Shown: positions 36,701 through 48,955, numbered from the stretch's first letter. The stretch: DNA of 64,000 nt from Octopus sinensis (GCF_006345805.1 NC_043021.1:2728001-2792000); one strand, 5' to 3'. A program made the numbers and translations. Notes: a model not told the origin generated them from the letters alone.

Positions 36701-39340
36701 CCTGATCTGGGGATTGAACTTGCTACCTCATGATTGTGAGCCCGACATGCTAACCACTGAGTCATATGAATGTGTGTGTGTGTATATATGCATGTACACA
36801 TACATGTACAAAGGGCTTCCAGAGTTTGCGTTTATCTAATTCCTCCCAAATGTTTATTGTTGCCTTTTTTTAGGAATTGCTTTTTGTCACCAATGAATAT
36901 AATTATTTTTATTTCTCTTCTTCAGGTCGCACCTTGTCTTTATTATCAAGCGGACAAATGATTCTAAACCCCGACATAAGGGAAGCCCATTTCCTTCGTG
37001 GCTGGTATGATCGAGATGGTTGTAATATGGAATTTAACACTTTTCAGGGTGATTCAGCTAGTATTAGAGGAGGTATTGTACATCTCTCTCTCACTTTCTC
37101 TCCCTCTCTTCCTCCTCTAAACCCCCCCTCTTTATCCCAACAACTTTGCTTTCAAGTCCACATAGTTTTACAAAATGGAACCTGTTGAAGTAGGCTGGAG
37201 ATTGTCATCAAACGAAACATTTGAAGGGCTGGCGTCGTATCCAGGGGAGACATGTCTCTCATCTTTACTTCACGTCTTAAAAAAATATGCCGTTGTCTCA
37301 CTGTGACAAGACCAGCTGTGATACTCCAAACTGCATCTCATTTAAGTGGATTCTCTTCATAATCAATTAGGCTTAGAATCTTTTCTTTATCCTCATCATC
37401 ATCACCATCATCATTCGACACTCGCCTTCCATGTGGCATAAGTTGGAAAGCTCCAGTTGTCTTCTATGGCTGAATGCTCTAGCATTTGTTAGCCCTCTCT
37501 CTCTTTCGGAGAGGCACTGAGCACATACACGCACACATACACACACGGCAGTAACTTCCACCTACCGAATTCAATCACAAAGCTCCGGTCGGCTCGGGGC
37601 TATAGCGGAAGACACCTACCCAAAGTGCCAAGCAGTGGGACTGAACCCGAAACCATGTAGCTAGGAAGCAAGCTCCCTAACCACACAGCCATATTGCTAT
37701 CTCCTCAACTCTAATTGGACTCAATACTGGCTCAACTCTGACCTGCAGCACACACATAACTATAACACAATCACACACACTACATAAGCTTTATTACTTT
37801 CTGTTGTTGCCAGCGCCGCCCCGACTGGCCTCCGTGCCGGTGGAATGTGAAAGGCACCCGCTCTACACTGTCGGAGTGGTTTGCGTTAGGAAGGGCATCC
37901 AGCCGTAGAAACATTGCCAGATCAGACTGGGCCTGGTGCAGCCTCCTGGCTTCCCAGACCCCAGTTGAATCGTCCAACCCATGCCAGCATGGAAAGCGGA
38001 CGTTAAATGACTAAACTATGTTACAAAGTTTGCCAATACATCAAGACAAAACTGATATGGCTTGGTTCATGGCTGAAAAAAACAACTCTAAAAAAATGAA
38101 TTCATCAACCGAATTTCATCATCATCATCATCATCATCATCATCGTTTAGCGTCCGCTTTCCATGCTAGCATGGGTTGGACGGTTCTACTGGGGTCTGTG
38201 AAGCCAGAAGGCTGCACCAGGCCCCAGTCTTATCTGGCAGTGTTTCTACAGCTGGATGCCCTTCCTTAACGCCAACCACTCCGTGAGTGTAGTGGGTGCT
38301 TTTTACGTGCCACCGGCACTGGTGCTAGACAGAGCTGGCAAACGGCCACGAACGGATGGTGCTTTTTATGTGCCACCGGCACGAGGGCCAGGCGAGGCTG
38401 GCAACGGACACGAAACGGGGCGGTGCTGGCAACGGTCGCGAAACGGAAAGTTGTTTGAAATAATTGTTTTTTGATGATGAAGATGACACTGTTAACAAAG
38501 ATGTATTTAATTCCTCTTTTATTTTCATTTCATTTAGGCAATGAGTGGAAGACATTTGAACAAGTTAAATCTGAAAAGTTAGGAGCAACAAAACCTGATT
38601 ACTTCACCTCAAAGGGAACTGTGATTTTCATAAAGAAAGGAAACTGCATGTATATGGTAGGTACAACATCAGCTTACGGTGGTTCTAACTTGTTTTGCTC
38701 TCTTTAAATACTCCAACTTCTGCAGTTATATTCTGCCAAATTTACCTATTTCTTTATTGCCCACAAGGGGCTAAACATAGAGAGGACAAACAAGGACAAG
38801 CAAACGGATTATATCGACGCCAGTGTGTAACTGGTACTTATTTAATCGACCCCGAAAGGATGAAAGGCAAAGTTGACCTCGGTGGAATTTGAATTCAGAA
38901 CGCAGCGGCGGACGAAATACCACAAAGCATTTCGCCCGGCGTGCTAACGATTCTGCCAGCTCGCCACCTTCTGCCAAAGATTACCATCATCATCATCATC
39001 AAGTCTGTTTTTCCATGCTTTTATGGATAAGACTATACAGTTGGTGCCCCAGCATGGCCACAGCTCATAAGCTGAAACTAGAATCAATCAATCAATCAAG
39101 TCGATTTGAAAGAAGATAAAAGTGACATATAGTGCTTGCTCTTTTACTTGTTTCAGTCATTTGTCTGCGGCCATGCCTGAGCACCGCCTTTAGTCAAAGC
39201 AAATCGACCCCGGGACTTATTCTTTGTAAGCCCAGTACTTATTCTATCGGTCTCTTTTGCCGAACCGCTAAGTGACGGGGACGTAAACACACCAGCATCG
39301 GTTGTCAAGCAATGCTAGGGGGACAAACACAGACATATAT

Positions 39341-39377
<37 letters not shown>

Positions 39378-42300
39378 CATATATACGACAGGCTTCTTTC
39401 AGTTTCCATCTACCAAATCCACTCACAAGGCATTGGTCAGCCCGGGGCTATAGTAGAAGACACTTGCCCAAGATGCCACGCAGTGGGACTGAACCCGGAA
39501 CCATGTGGTTGGTAAGCAAGCTACTTACCACACAGCCACTCCTAGATGTAATTTATATAAGACAAATTCACGGCTTCATACCTGATGCATGTCTGCTGTT
39601 ACAATATTACATTTGCATGCACAAAATCATACATTTTCCACTATAAAACAACTTTAAAATATTTTTCAGTAAGTGTATGATGAAACAGAATACATTTGTT
39701 CTTTCTTCAAAGTATCCTCATACAATTGGGATGCATCTGATACACTGGCAAATATGGTAATTGCATTCTGGCATTTAATTTCAGTTTCCTTCTTCATCAT
39801 TTAACATCCGCTTTCATGCTGGCATATGTTTGAGAGTTTGCCTGAGGACTGGCAAGCCAGGAGACTGCATCAGGTTCCAACCTGACCTGGCAAGGTTTCT
39901 ACAGCTAGATGCCCTTCCTAATGCCAACCACCCCAAAAGTATAGTGGGTGCTTTTTATGTGCTACTGGCACAGAAGCCAGTCAGGCAGCACTGGCATTGA
40001 CCAAGCTCATGTGGTGCTTTTTATGTGGCTCTGGTATCGACCACGCTCAAATGATGCTTTTTACGTGTCACTGGCATGCATATTTTCCAGCATACAGGTT
40101 GACATATCGTGTAAATGTGAAGTGGAAACATTTAAACGTTTTTGTCTTTCCGAATCCTGCTGCCTTTCACATTGACAATTTGGTCCTCCAAAGTCATTGT
40201 GGTGCGTCAGTCAGCCTACCTCCTTGTAGCTGTGAATTTTGGTCTGAAAAATTTTAACTTGTATATCCCAAAATCATCATCATCGTCGTTTAACGTCCGC
40301 TTTCCATGCTAGCGTGGGTTGGATGGTTTGACTGGGGTCTGGGAAGCCAGGAGGCTGCACCAGGCTCCAGCCTGATCTGGCAGTGTTTCTACGGCTGGAT
40401 GCCCTTCCTTAACGCCAACCACTCCGTGAGTGTAGTGGATGCTTTTTACGTTCCACCGGCACAGGTGCCAGGCGAGGCTGGCAACGGTCAGGATCGGTTG
40501 GTGCTTTCTATGTGCCACCGGCATGGAGGCCAGTCGAGGCAGCGCTGGCAACGGCCACGTTCTGATGGTGCTTTTACATGCCACTGGCACTATGGTACAT
40601 ATTTGAATTGTGCCAATAGTTTTCATTTTTGTTTGATGAAGTGACACAATGTAATTAACTCCCTCTAAAACCTCCCTGTTTCTTGTGTTGTTAGGCTTGT
40701 CCCAATGAAAATTGTAACAAGAAACTGATAGACCAGGGAAATAACCAATACCGATGTGAGAAGTGTGATCAAGAGTTCCCTAACTTCAAATGGCGATTGC
40801 TTTTGTTGGTAAGTTAAATATATTTTAGTTAACCCTTTTGTTACCATCCCACCTAAAATTGAACCTGGATTTGCGATACAAATTCCTGTTTTAACCCTTT
40901 AGCATTCAAGCCGGCCATTTCCGGCCGAAATATTTAACCGGTTTTTAGTTGAAACTGACCTCTCACACCAACCCTACAATGACATTCTAAAACTAAACCA
41001 TCTCATTACTGAAATCTCTAAACTACAACATAATTAATTCTAAATAACGAAAGTAAACAAATATTACTTTTGACATAGTAATAATCATCTGAATATTTAA
41101 ATGGTTAAAGTGATCGAAATTAAAACTTCGGATCTTTTCTGTTTGAACGGCAGTTTTTAACATAATTTCTAGGTAACTAAAAAATTTTAAATTTCGTATA
41201 CTGGCAGAATGTGTTTATAAAACATCTTTTTCTCTTGGCTTTATTGAGAAAATTCTATAGTTTGTAAGATATTTGCTGTTTTTTTTCTTCAATTTCTGCA
41301 ATTTCAACCAATCAATGATGTGTGTTGAGGTAAAAAAACATTCTGTGCAGTATGAAAATGTCCCTCGTTTAAGAAACAGATTGGGTTTATTTACATTTGT
41401 GAAGAAAAAAAGATACCCTTCCCCCTAACCCTAAAACAGATTGAAATGCAATAGATCGATACTAGGGTCATAATTATGAGTGACAATTTCATATGGCACT
41501 GCTAGAAAAAACTGCCGTTCAAACCGAAAAGATCCAAAACTTCCTATCAATATTTTGCGTTAATTTATGTTTCAAAGACCAGTTTTAGAATGACCATTAT
41601 TTTTCTAAATTCTTCATTGTTCTCAGAACAAGTCGATATATTTCACTAGAAATATGGTAACAAAAGGATTAATGAAATCTAATTGATGATACTTCTTTTA
41701 AAATTTCACTCAAGCCTTTACTAACGAATACATATATATCCATTTCCATTTCCTCTCGCAGACCAACATTGCTGATTATACAGGCAGCCAATGGGTTACA
41801 TGCTTCCAAGATTCTGCAGAATCCCTTCTTGGAGTCTCAGCTGATGAGCTGGGCAACTTAAAGGAAATGGTGAGGCATATTCTTTTTCTTTTCTTTTACT
41901 TGTTTCAGACTGCGGCCATGCTGGAGCACCGCCTTTAATCGAGCAACTCGACCCTGGGACTTATTCTTTTGTAAGCCCGGTACTTATTCTATCGGTCTCT
42001 TTTGTTGAACCGCTAAGTAACGGGGACATAAACACACCAGCATTGGTTGTCAAGCAATGCTAGGGGGACAAACACACACACACGCATACATATTTATACA
42101 TATATACAACGGGCTTCTTTCAGTTTCCATCTACCAAATCCACTCACAAGGCTTTGGTCGGCCCGAGGCTATAGTAGAAGACACTTGCCCAAGGTGCCTC
42201 GCAGTGGGACTGAACCCGGAACCATGTGGTTGGTAAACAAGCTACTTACCACACAGCCACTCCTGCGCCTATATATTGCTTTCTCTATTCACTTCATCAT

Positions 42301-45238
42301 CATAGTCATCCTCTTATGTCCATATTCCAACTTGGCGTGGCTTCCTTTTCTCCATTTTCATTTAAATCCTTAAAAATGTTTTAGCTCGAAGGCCGCGGCC
42401 ATGCTGGGGCACCACCGCTGGTTATTTGGTCATTTTTTTTTTCTTTCTCTCTCTAGGATGAATTTGCATTTGATCAAGTATTCCAAGAAGCCAGTTTCAA
42501 ATCCTATATTTTCAATTTGAGAGCAAAATTCGAAACCTACAATGTAAGTAGAATATTTATTATTTCGCAGATTTATTCTATAAATGCAGAACCTACGCTT
42601 CCAATTGCTTCTGTATTTTGTGTTGAATCCATTTCTTTAGACATTTTCTGTTGAATTTTCAGCCAATTTTTTATTTTTTTACTTGTTTCAGTCATTAGAC
42701 TGTGGCCATGCTAGGACACCACCGTGAATATTTAGTCGAATGAATTGACCTCAGTATTTATTTTTTAAGCCTATCGGTCTCTTTTGCTGAACCGCTAAGT
42801 TATGGAGATGTAAACACACCAACACCGGTTGTCAAGTAGTAGTGGGGAGACAGACACAACACACACAGATATATATATTTACACACTCGATGAACATCTT
42901 ACAGTTTCTATCTACCTAATCCACTGACAAAGCTTTGGTCAGCCTGAGGCCACAGTAGAAAACATTTGCCCACGGTGCCATGCTGTGAGACTGAACCTGG
43001 AACCATATGGAAGTAGACCTGCAGAGGGGCACAAACTTTTGACCCTCGGATTACCTCTAAGGTCAACTTTTAAAGGTCTGATGTTCTACTGACTGACCTA
43101 TGCAGGCAGGTTGAACATACCCACATGGGGTTCCTCTGAAGGATCTCCGAAGTAATGTTACTTGACAAAGGGCATGACTTGGAGATCAGGGTGTCTTTCC
43201 AGGTTGAGGGGATATATCTCTGCATTGACAGGTCACAGCTCTGGTAATGTGAACTTGTGATTAGGATGTTGCAAGACAGATTCTTGAAGCTGAGTCAACC
43301 AGCAGGAAATCTTAGTGTAGACCAAGAATGAAATGGTTGGATAATATCCAAAGCCTCAGTTGGTCATATAGTGGGACAGGAACCAAAACTGTGGAGTTAG
43401 GAAGCAAACTTAAATTTGTAGCCATATCTCTACCTCAAGCCATCCTATTATTTATGTTTAAGGTGGGTGAGCTGGCCAAATCGTTAGCACACTGGATGAA
43501 ATGCTTAACAGTATTTCGCCCATCGCTATGTTCTGAGTTCAAATTCTGCCGAGGTCGACTTTGCCTTTCATCCTTTCGGGGTCGATAAATTAAGTACCAG
43601 TTACACACTGGGGTCGACGTAATCGACTAGTCCCCCTCCCTCAAATTTCAGGCCTTGTGCCTATATTAGAAAGGATTATTTATGTGTAAGGTTACAGATC
43701 CTTAAAAATCTGGAAATTAAAGGTCAAATGAAAAACGATGACTTGCATATGATTCAACGGCACATGGCCTAGTGGTTAGAGCAGCGGACTCACGGTCAAG
43801 GGATCGTGGGTTCGAATCTCAGACCGGGCAGTGTGTGAGTTTATGAGCAAAACCCCTTCAGCTCCATGCAGCCTTCTCTCACTCTTTCATCCTGCAGCTC
43901 ACCTGCGACAGACCGGCGTCCTGTCAAGTGGGGAACCTGTACACCAATGAAACTGGGAAACCAGCTCTTATGAGCCAGCCGTGGCTCAAGAAGAAACTAA
44001 CAACAGGTTCAAACATAGATAAGCTAGTTGCCTGTTGTGTCACAGGCGATTATCTCCCTTTTATGACGTTCATCTGAAACAACAATGTTTTACATTGGCA
44101 TCTTCCATTCATTCTTGCAGATCCAAACACAAAATAAGCAAGTTGTTATCGACCCCTAATTTTCTCTAAGCTCTGCTGCTAGATTAATCCTCTCTCATTT
44201 TGTTGATGTGGGAAGGGTCTGAAGAGTTGACATCCCATTGGACCCTTTAGCTTTCAGATTATTCTGTGCAATTGAATGCCTTTATATTTCCATTGTTTTA
44301 AATTGCTTGTGCATTGTCTCATAGCTTTTGAACATAAAATAGGAAGGAAATTTTTATATATATATACACATACATACATGTATATATATATCATCATCAT
44401 CATCGTTTAGCGTCCGTTTTCCATGCTAGCATGGGTTGGACGGTTCGACTGGGGATCTGGGAAGCCAGAAGGCTGCACCAGGCTCCAGTCTTATCTGGCA
44501 ATGTTTCTACAGCTGGATGCCCTTCCTAACGCCAACCACTCCGTGAGTGTAGTGGGTGCTTTTTACGTGCCACCTGCACAGGTGCCAGGCGAGGCTGGCA
44601 ACGGCCACGGTCAGATTGGTGTATTTTATGTGCCACCGGCACGGAAGCCAGTCGAGGCGGCGCTGGCATCGGCCACGAGTTGGATAGTGCTTTTTACGTA
44701 CCACCAGACCAGGGATCCTGGCTGGTTCAATTCGATTTCGATTTCGCTTGCCCCAACATGTCTTCGCAAGCAAAGGGGGTTGGCATGGGTGCCTGTCGTA
44801 TGGTCGGATTGGTGTATTTTACGTGCCACCGGCACGGAAGCCAGTGGAGGCGGCGCTGGCATCGGCCACGAGTCGGATATATATATATATATATACACAA
44901 AGGCTTCTTCCCAGTTTCCCATCTACCAGATACACTTACAAAGCATTGTTTGACCTGGGGTACAATAAGAAAATACTTGCCCAACGTTCTGTGTTGTGGG
45001 CCTGAACCTGGAACCACGTGGTTGCCAAGCTTAACCACATTCCTCCTCAGCCTGCAACTCCATCCTATTTACCTTGTCTCACCTAATTAGTGAAATCATT
45101 TCTTTATTGCTTTTGTCTTTTGTCTTTTAGGATGAAACCCGTTTGAAGACGATATGCGTCAGCGCCACCCCGGTTGACTGGAAGACATATGGGCAGCGCC
45201 TGATCAAAGAAATTAATAATACTGAAACAAGGGCATAA
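18181..45238 (+). CDS. RPA1: Replication protein A 70 kDa subunit, complete (1815 nt, 604 aa). Coding exons: 18181-18213, 19440-19487, 20924-21002, 22270-22378, 24101-24195, 24815-24847, 25906-25950, 27155-27269, 28842-29013, 30506-30698, 33688-33827, 35337-35406, 36926-37072, 38538-38656, 40695-40808, 41762-41869, 42457-42543, 45131-45238
   Basis: Exons join in frame through GT-AG introns. N-terminal OB fold: [11 protein letters not shown]...[10 protein letters not shown]...[12 protein letters not shown]: [11 protein letters not shown]...[31 protein letters not shown]: DVIGVV...[11 protein letters not shown]...TIWG...[18 protein letters not shown] carries the zinc ligands CPNENCNKK...RCEKC. 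Stop TAA at 45236-45238. Confidence 0.96.
19665..20052 (+). mobile_element. tRNA-derived SINE family B, full length
   Basis: TAGGCGCAGGAGTGGCTGTGTGG (A box), GGTTCAGTCCC (B box), CORE-like CTTGGGCAAGTGTCTT, internal (TA/TG)n and tail AAGTAAAAGAG. Other copies at 33994-34398(-), 39141-39543(-), 41890-42272(-), 49805-50040(-), 51425-51800(-), 57872-58263(-) and 60889-61292(+), plus many fragments. Confidence 0.88.
21606..22252 (+). mobile_element. tRNA-derived SINE family A, trimer
   Basis: A-box-like TGGCAGAATCGTTAG and B-box GAGTTCAAATTC. Body GTCGACTTTGCCTTTCATCCTTTCGGGGTCGAT resembles the MetaSINE domain (from memory). Tail AAAGAAATA. 18-bp TSD at 21590-21607 / 22253-22270. Confidence 0.88.
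22598..22960 (+). mobile_element. tRNA-derived SINE, head E plus tail T1
   Basis: GGAGGCGCAATGGCCTAGTGG...GGTTTCGATTCCCAGACC head. The 3' half is shared with 45397-45719. Confidence 0.75.
23685..24070 (+). mobile_element. SINE family K: family-B-like head with a 3' tail homologous to the family C LINE 3' end
   Basis: Ends GGTTGGCAACAGGAAGGGCATC...ACCCATGCAAGCAT...GTGGATGTTAAAATGATG. Further copies at ~21320-21590, 46500-46760, 54935-55330, 59745-60120(-) and 62320-62530. Confidence 0.7.
28432..28811. mobile_element. Tc1/mariner-type MITE (380 bp)
   Basis: 26-bp TIR CACTACCGTCAGAAATTAATTAGCAC / CACTTGCGTCAGAAATTAATTAGCAC and TA target duplication. Confidence 0.85.
29045..29445 (-). mobile_element. 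Family C copy with 4 internal units
   Basis: (CAT)n-CGTTTAACGTCCGCTTTCCATGCTAGCATGGGTTGGAC... Other copies at ~1190-1680, 4615-4960, 5022-5380, 6188-6475, 7830-7980, 23197-23450(+), 29632-29900, 29935-30197(+), 31724-31860(+), 32025-32310, 37802-38010(+), 38117-38450, 39795-40080, 40275-40592, 45766-46100, 47640-47945, 55333-55560 and 61970-62110(+). Confidence 0.85.
30988..31105 (-). ncRNA. Candidate HDV-like self-cleaving ribozyme, copy B
   Basis: Same fold as copy A. P1 GUGUCCC/GGGACGC keeps pairing through a U-G wobble. The P4-region hairpin has a cUUCGg tetraloop. Candidate catalytic C at 30999. Confidence 0.5.
31175..31293 (-). ncRNA. Candidate HDV-like self-cleaving ribozyme, copy A
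   Basis: Manual fold: P1 GCGUCCC/GGGACGC, L3 UCACCGU, P1.1 CA/UG, GCAAC after P1.1, J4/2 GGCGGA (candidate catalytic C at 31186). P3 (CUCC/GGUG) and P2 (AGUCCA/UGGUCU) each contain a U-U mismatch. Not tested computationally. Confidence 0.55.
31861..32370. mobile_element. Same piggyBac-type MITE interrupted by a family C copy (32025-32310)
   Basis: TTAACCCTTTCGTTAC ... GTAATGAAAGGGTTAA. The internal sequence aligns by eye to 46765-46993 on both sides of the insert. Confidence 0.85.
32543..33108 (+). mobile_element. SINE family A tandem multimer (3 units)
   Basis: Units are joined by AAAGAAATAGGTATTTC. Other family A copies at 3346-3579(+), 10355-10770(-), 12661-13069(+), ~26310-26660, 38747-38968(-), ~43460-43640, 54096-54285(-), 56574-56786(-) and ~61650-61818(-). 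Confidence 0.85.
33249..33641 (-). mobile_element. Non-autonomous Helitron (393 bp)
   Basis: Minus strand starts TC and ends CTAG, with the hairpin CCCGAGCAACGCCGGG 8 nt upstream. Inserted between A and T with no TSD. Confidence 0.8.
40829..41672. mobile_element. piggyBac-type MITE hosting a second piggyBac MITE (40891-41108) and the GG-ended MITE (41130-41535)
   Basis: TTAA-CCCTTTTGTTACCAT ... ATGGTAACAAAAGGA-TTAA (14/15 TIR match). Confidence 0.75.
41130..41535. mobile_element. MITE with GG termini and 8-bp TSD (Merlin/IS1595-like; hAT is the alternative)
   Basis: 29-bp TIR GGATCTTTTC(T/G)GTTTGAACGGCAGTTTTT. TSD AAAACTTC (41122-41129, 41536-41543). Confidence 0.8.
44391..44880 (-). mobile_element. 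Family C copy, young, with internal duplication
   Basis: Nearly identical to the copies at 32025-32310 and 45766-46100. The GGTCGGATTGGTGTATTTTA...GGCCACGAGT unit is duplicated. Confidence 0.85.
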
Positions 45239-45320
45239 ATACTCGCAGCATTGCATGATATTGAGTTTGTATAAAGATTATCTGGACATTTTGTTTTTCT
45301 TTTTTATAAGTAGGGTCTTA

Positions 45321-45326
45321 AATAAA
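45321..45326 (+). terminator. Probable RPA1 polyadenylation signal
   Basis: First AATAAA after the RPA1 stop (83 nt downstream), followed by T-rich sequence. Confidence 0.5.
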
Positions 45327-45362
45327 AGAAAAATTTTTTTAATGTTTAGTCTTTTTGGTACT

Positions 45363-46251
45363 TTAACCCCTTTAGTGTTCAGATTATTCTGTCAAAGTGA
45401 GGGCGCGTGGCTTAGTGGTTCGGGCATTCGGCTCATGATCGTAAGGTTGTGAGTTCGATTCACGGCGACGCGTTGTGTCCTTGAGCAAGACACTTTATTT
45501 CACGTTGCTCCAGTCCACTCAGCTGGCAAAAATGAGTTGTACTTGTATTTCAAAGGGTCAGCCTTGTCACTCTGTGTCACGCTGATTATCCCCGAGAACT
45601 ACGTTAAGGGTACACGTGTCTGTGGAATGCTCAGCCATTTGCACGTTAATTTCACGAGCAAGCTGTTCCGTTGATCGTATCAGCTGGGACCCTCGTCGTC
45701 GTAACCGGCGGAGTCTTGCTATTCTGTCAAATGTGATGTTTGTTTATTTAAAATGGTTTGAATTCATCATCATCATCATCGTCGTTTAACGTCCGTTCTC
45801 CATGCTAGCACGGGTTGGACGGTTCGACCGGGGATCTGGGAAGCCAGAAGGCTGCACCAGGCTCCAGTCTGATCTGGCAATGTTTCTACAGCTGGATGCC
45901 CTTCCTAACGCCAACCACTCTGTGAGTGTAGTGGGTGCTTTCTACATGCCACCTGCACAGGTGCCAGGCGAGGCTGGCCACGGTCGGATTGGTGTATTTT
46001 ATGTGCCACCGGCACGGAAGCCAGTCGAGGCGGCGCTGGCATCGGCCACGAGTCGGATAGTGCTTTTTACGTACCACCAGACCAGGGATCCTGGCTGGTT
46101 TATGCATTATCTTGTAGTTTAGAGATTTCAGTGATATGATTTTTTTAATTTCTAGAATGACATTGTAGGGCTGAGGTGAGAGATGAGCTCTGGTCAGTTT
46201 CAATATAAAAGAGGTTAAATATTTTGGCCGGATTGAATGCTAAAGGGTTAA
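45363..46251. mobile_element. Second piggyBac-type MITE family, carrying a SINE (45397-45719) and a family C copy (45766-46100)
   Basis: TTAACCCCTTTAGTGTTCAGA ... TGAATGCTAAAGGGTTAA. The SINE is flanked by TATTCTGTCAAA (45385-45396, 45720-45731). Related copies at 2980-3201, ~3696-3890, ~32383-32540, 40891-41108, ~54033-54430 and ~58790-58890. Confidence 0.8.
45397..45719 (+). mobile_element. tRNA-derived SINE, head F (CORE-like) plus tail T1
   Basis: GGCTTAGTGGTT...GAGTTCGATTC...TGTGTCCTTGAGCAAGACACTT head and 12-bp TSD. Head F with other tails at 5562-5860, 20530-20790, 28190-28410(-) and 36420-36765(-). Confidence 0.75.
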
Positions 46252-46764
46252 ATGTGATATTTATTCCATCAGTCTCTTTCGTAGAACTGCTAAGTTACAG
46301 GGACATAAACACACCAACACCGATTGTCAAGTGATGGGGGACACGACACACACATACACACACGTGTCTGACTTTCTTCGACTAATCACGGCCCATCTGC
46401 TGGTAGTTTAAGAAGCAAGCATCTTACAACATAGGCAAGGGCATGGCTATGAAATATGGCAAATACAATCCTGTTCCATTGTATAGCACTTTGGGAAAGT
46501 GTTTCTAGTATAGCCCTGGGCCAAACAAGGTCTTGTGAGTAGATTGGTAGATGGAAACCGACAGAAGCCCATTGTGTGTGTTTGTATCTGGTGATCGTAA
46601 ATGAGCATCATTGTTATACAAGCGGTGTCGTTTATTAGTAGTCTTCATGAAAACCTGTCTAGTCAGGTGGAAATATCTCAACAAGTGAGGGCTGGCAACA
46701 AGAAAGGGCATCTGGCTGTAGTGAAAAATTTGCCCTGACCCATGCAAGCATAGAATCATGAACA

Positions 46765-46993
46765 TTAACCCTTTCGTTACCAACCCGGCTGAAACCGACT
46801 CTGGCTCTTTAGTACAAATGTCTTGTTTTCATAAGTTTTGAATTAAGATCTTCCACCAAACCTTAGTCACAATTTATGCTCCTAACACTAGCTGAATGAT
46901 AACTAAGTTCTTTTACTTATTTCTTTGATATATTTAAAGTAATTGAAAGAAACACAGAGCATCTCAAAATAAATACAGTAACGAAAGGGTTAA
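46765..46993. mobile_element. piggyBac-type MITE, complete (221 bp between TTAA sites)
   Basis: TTAA-CCCTTTCGTTAC ... GTAACGAAAGGG-TTAA. Confidence 0.88.
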
Positions 46994-47024
46994 AACACTG
47001 ATGGTGGTTTCTATTTGTGTAACG

Positions 47025-47204
47025 CAGTGCTTTTCAAACTTTTTGCTGGAACGGAACCCCAAGGAACCCCTGTGCAATAATTTAATAGCCTTATGCACAC
47101 ATATCTGCACAGGAGACTTAAAAATTACTGCCGATTTTAGCATTTTTGTAACTTCTTGCGGAACCCCTGGACTGGACTGGCGGAACCCTGGTTGAAAACC
47201 ACTG
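47025..47204. mobile_element. hAT-type MITE (180 bp)
   Basis: TIR CAGTGCTTTTCAA / TTGAAAACCACTG. Perfect 8-bp TSD GTGTAACG (47017-47024, 47205-47212). Confidence 0.88.
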
Positions 47205-48919
47205 GTGTAACGTTTAGGGTTTCAGATATTGTGAAACAAGTTTACTAATGAAAATATTTTAATTCCATTCTAACAATTCAAAATTTGCCATTTTATGTTC
47301 CACTCTGAAGCAGCACAAAGTTTCATTCAATTATTTTTAAGCTTCCTCATCAGACAACAATAATTTGCCACACGACAGAATCGTCTCTCAGGAATATTTA
47401 CCGTTCTACATGCACTCTTTTGGGATTCGTTATTAATCACAATGACCACAACTTAATAATGTCCACTTCTTCATACTTGCATGGATCAGACAAAATGTGT
47501 CAAACAAACCATTTTACCAATCCTATTATGCTTGGCCCACTTTAAGTGAAGTTTGACAATTTCAAATTGAGACGACCAATCATTTTTTTAGCTCCCTAAT
47601 GCTCTGCATCTCCTCCAAGTTGTTTTTACACTTCATTAATCATCATTATCGTTTAACGTCCATTTTCCATGCTAGCATGGGTTGGACGGTTCGACCGGGG
47701 TCTGGGAAGCCAGGAGGCTGCACCAGGCTCCAACCTGATCTGGCAGTGTTTCTACAGCTGGATGCCCTTCCTAACGCCAACCACTCTGAGTATAGTGGGT
47801 GCTTTTTACGTGCCACCAGCACAGGTGCCAGGTGAGGCTGGCAACGGCCACGATCGGTTGGTGGTTTTTACGTGCCACCAACACGGAAGCCAGTCGAAGC
47901 GGTGCTGGCATCGGCCACGTATGGATGGTGCTTTTTAGGTGCCGATCATCTTGATTTAATCCCTGTAGCAACTTAAATCCACTGTTTATACAGTTAATCT
48001 ATTCAGCAGTGAAGCATTCACTAACTCACAGCCATCTTTGTTTTGATTCACTTCACTGCATCAATAAAACAACTGAAAAGCATTGGAATCAAAATTTCAA
48101 ATATTTATGGTGTTTACTGATGGAAAGGATACTGGTTGTACTGGGACAGGAATTCAAAGAGATTTAAAAAAAAAAAAAAATTGTCAGAGGTAAGAAAACT
48201 AAATTCTATAATTTTCGAGAATATCCTTCCCTGCTTGAAACATTACACCATGGGACACACAAACATCTTAGTTTATGAATTTTTCTTTTGAATCTTTTCA
48301 AATTATTAGACCCTGTGCTAAATGCATGGATCGTTATCAGTTTCCTTGGAATCAGAAAAAAAAAATTTTTTTTTTTTCTGTTAAACCATCATCCAGTGCC
48401 AACCAAGTTTCAAAAACATCAAATCTCTCGACAAAAAAACAAATTTCTTGCAAACCAATGTTTTTTGCTAGTTTCATCTCTCAACTGTTTGTCTCCGACA
48501 GTTTTCATTTTCTAGAAAATCTTGTGTATTAACCAAGTGAAATTTCGTCATAGAAGACCGTAACCCATGCAGAAACAAAGTAGTTTAAATTACAAACACT
48601 GAACAAGTCATTCACTCTGTTGGTCATTTCCCCTTGACTTGTGTCCGAGACCATTGGGACGTATTAAAATTCTTTAAAACCAAATCTATCCTCACAATGT
48701 AAATACCGGAGGCATTGACTGGGAGAAAGAATTTGAATTTAAGGAGGGTTTTTTTTGTTTTCTTCTTTTTATCCCCCAAAACAATAAACACTTATTTCTA
48801 TAAATCTATTTATGTCTCTAGCAGAGAATTCATTAATACAAATATTAATTGGCAGAAGATCAGGGAATGAATAAATTATCAGAAAAAAATATGAATCATT
48901 CAAAATGGCTTCTCAATTA

Positions 48920-48955
<36 letters not shown>

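Noticed and set aside
27245-38656. RPA1 deviations SLYQ (usually xPYQ) and KKGNC (usually KKENC) as RNA-editing-correctable sites
   Set aside because: Restoring them needs U-to-C or G-to-A changes, not A-to-I. They are ordinary substitutions or sequencing errors.
45397-45470. tRNA-like heads with A and B boxes (also 8628, 19665, 49093, 50796)
   Set aside because: They continue into SINE bodies and lack a complete cloverleaf with acceptor stem, so they are not called as tRNA genes.
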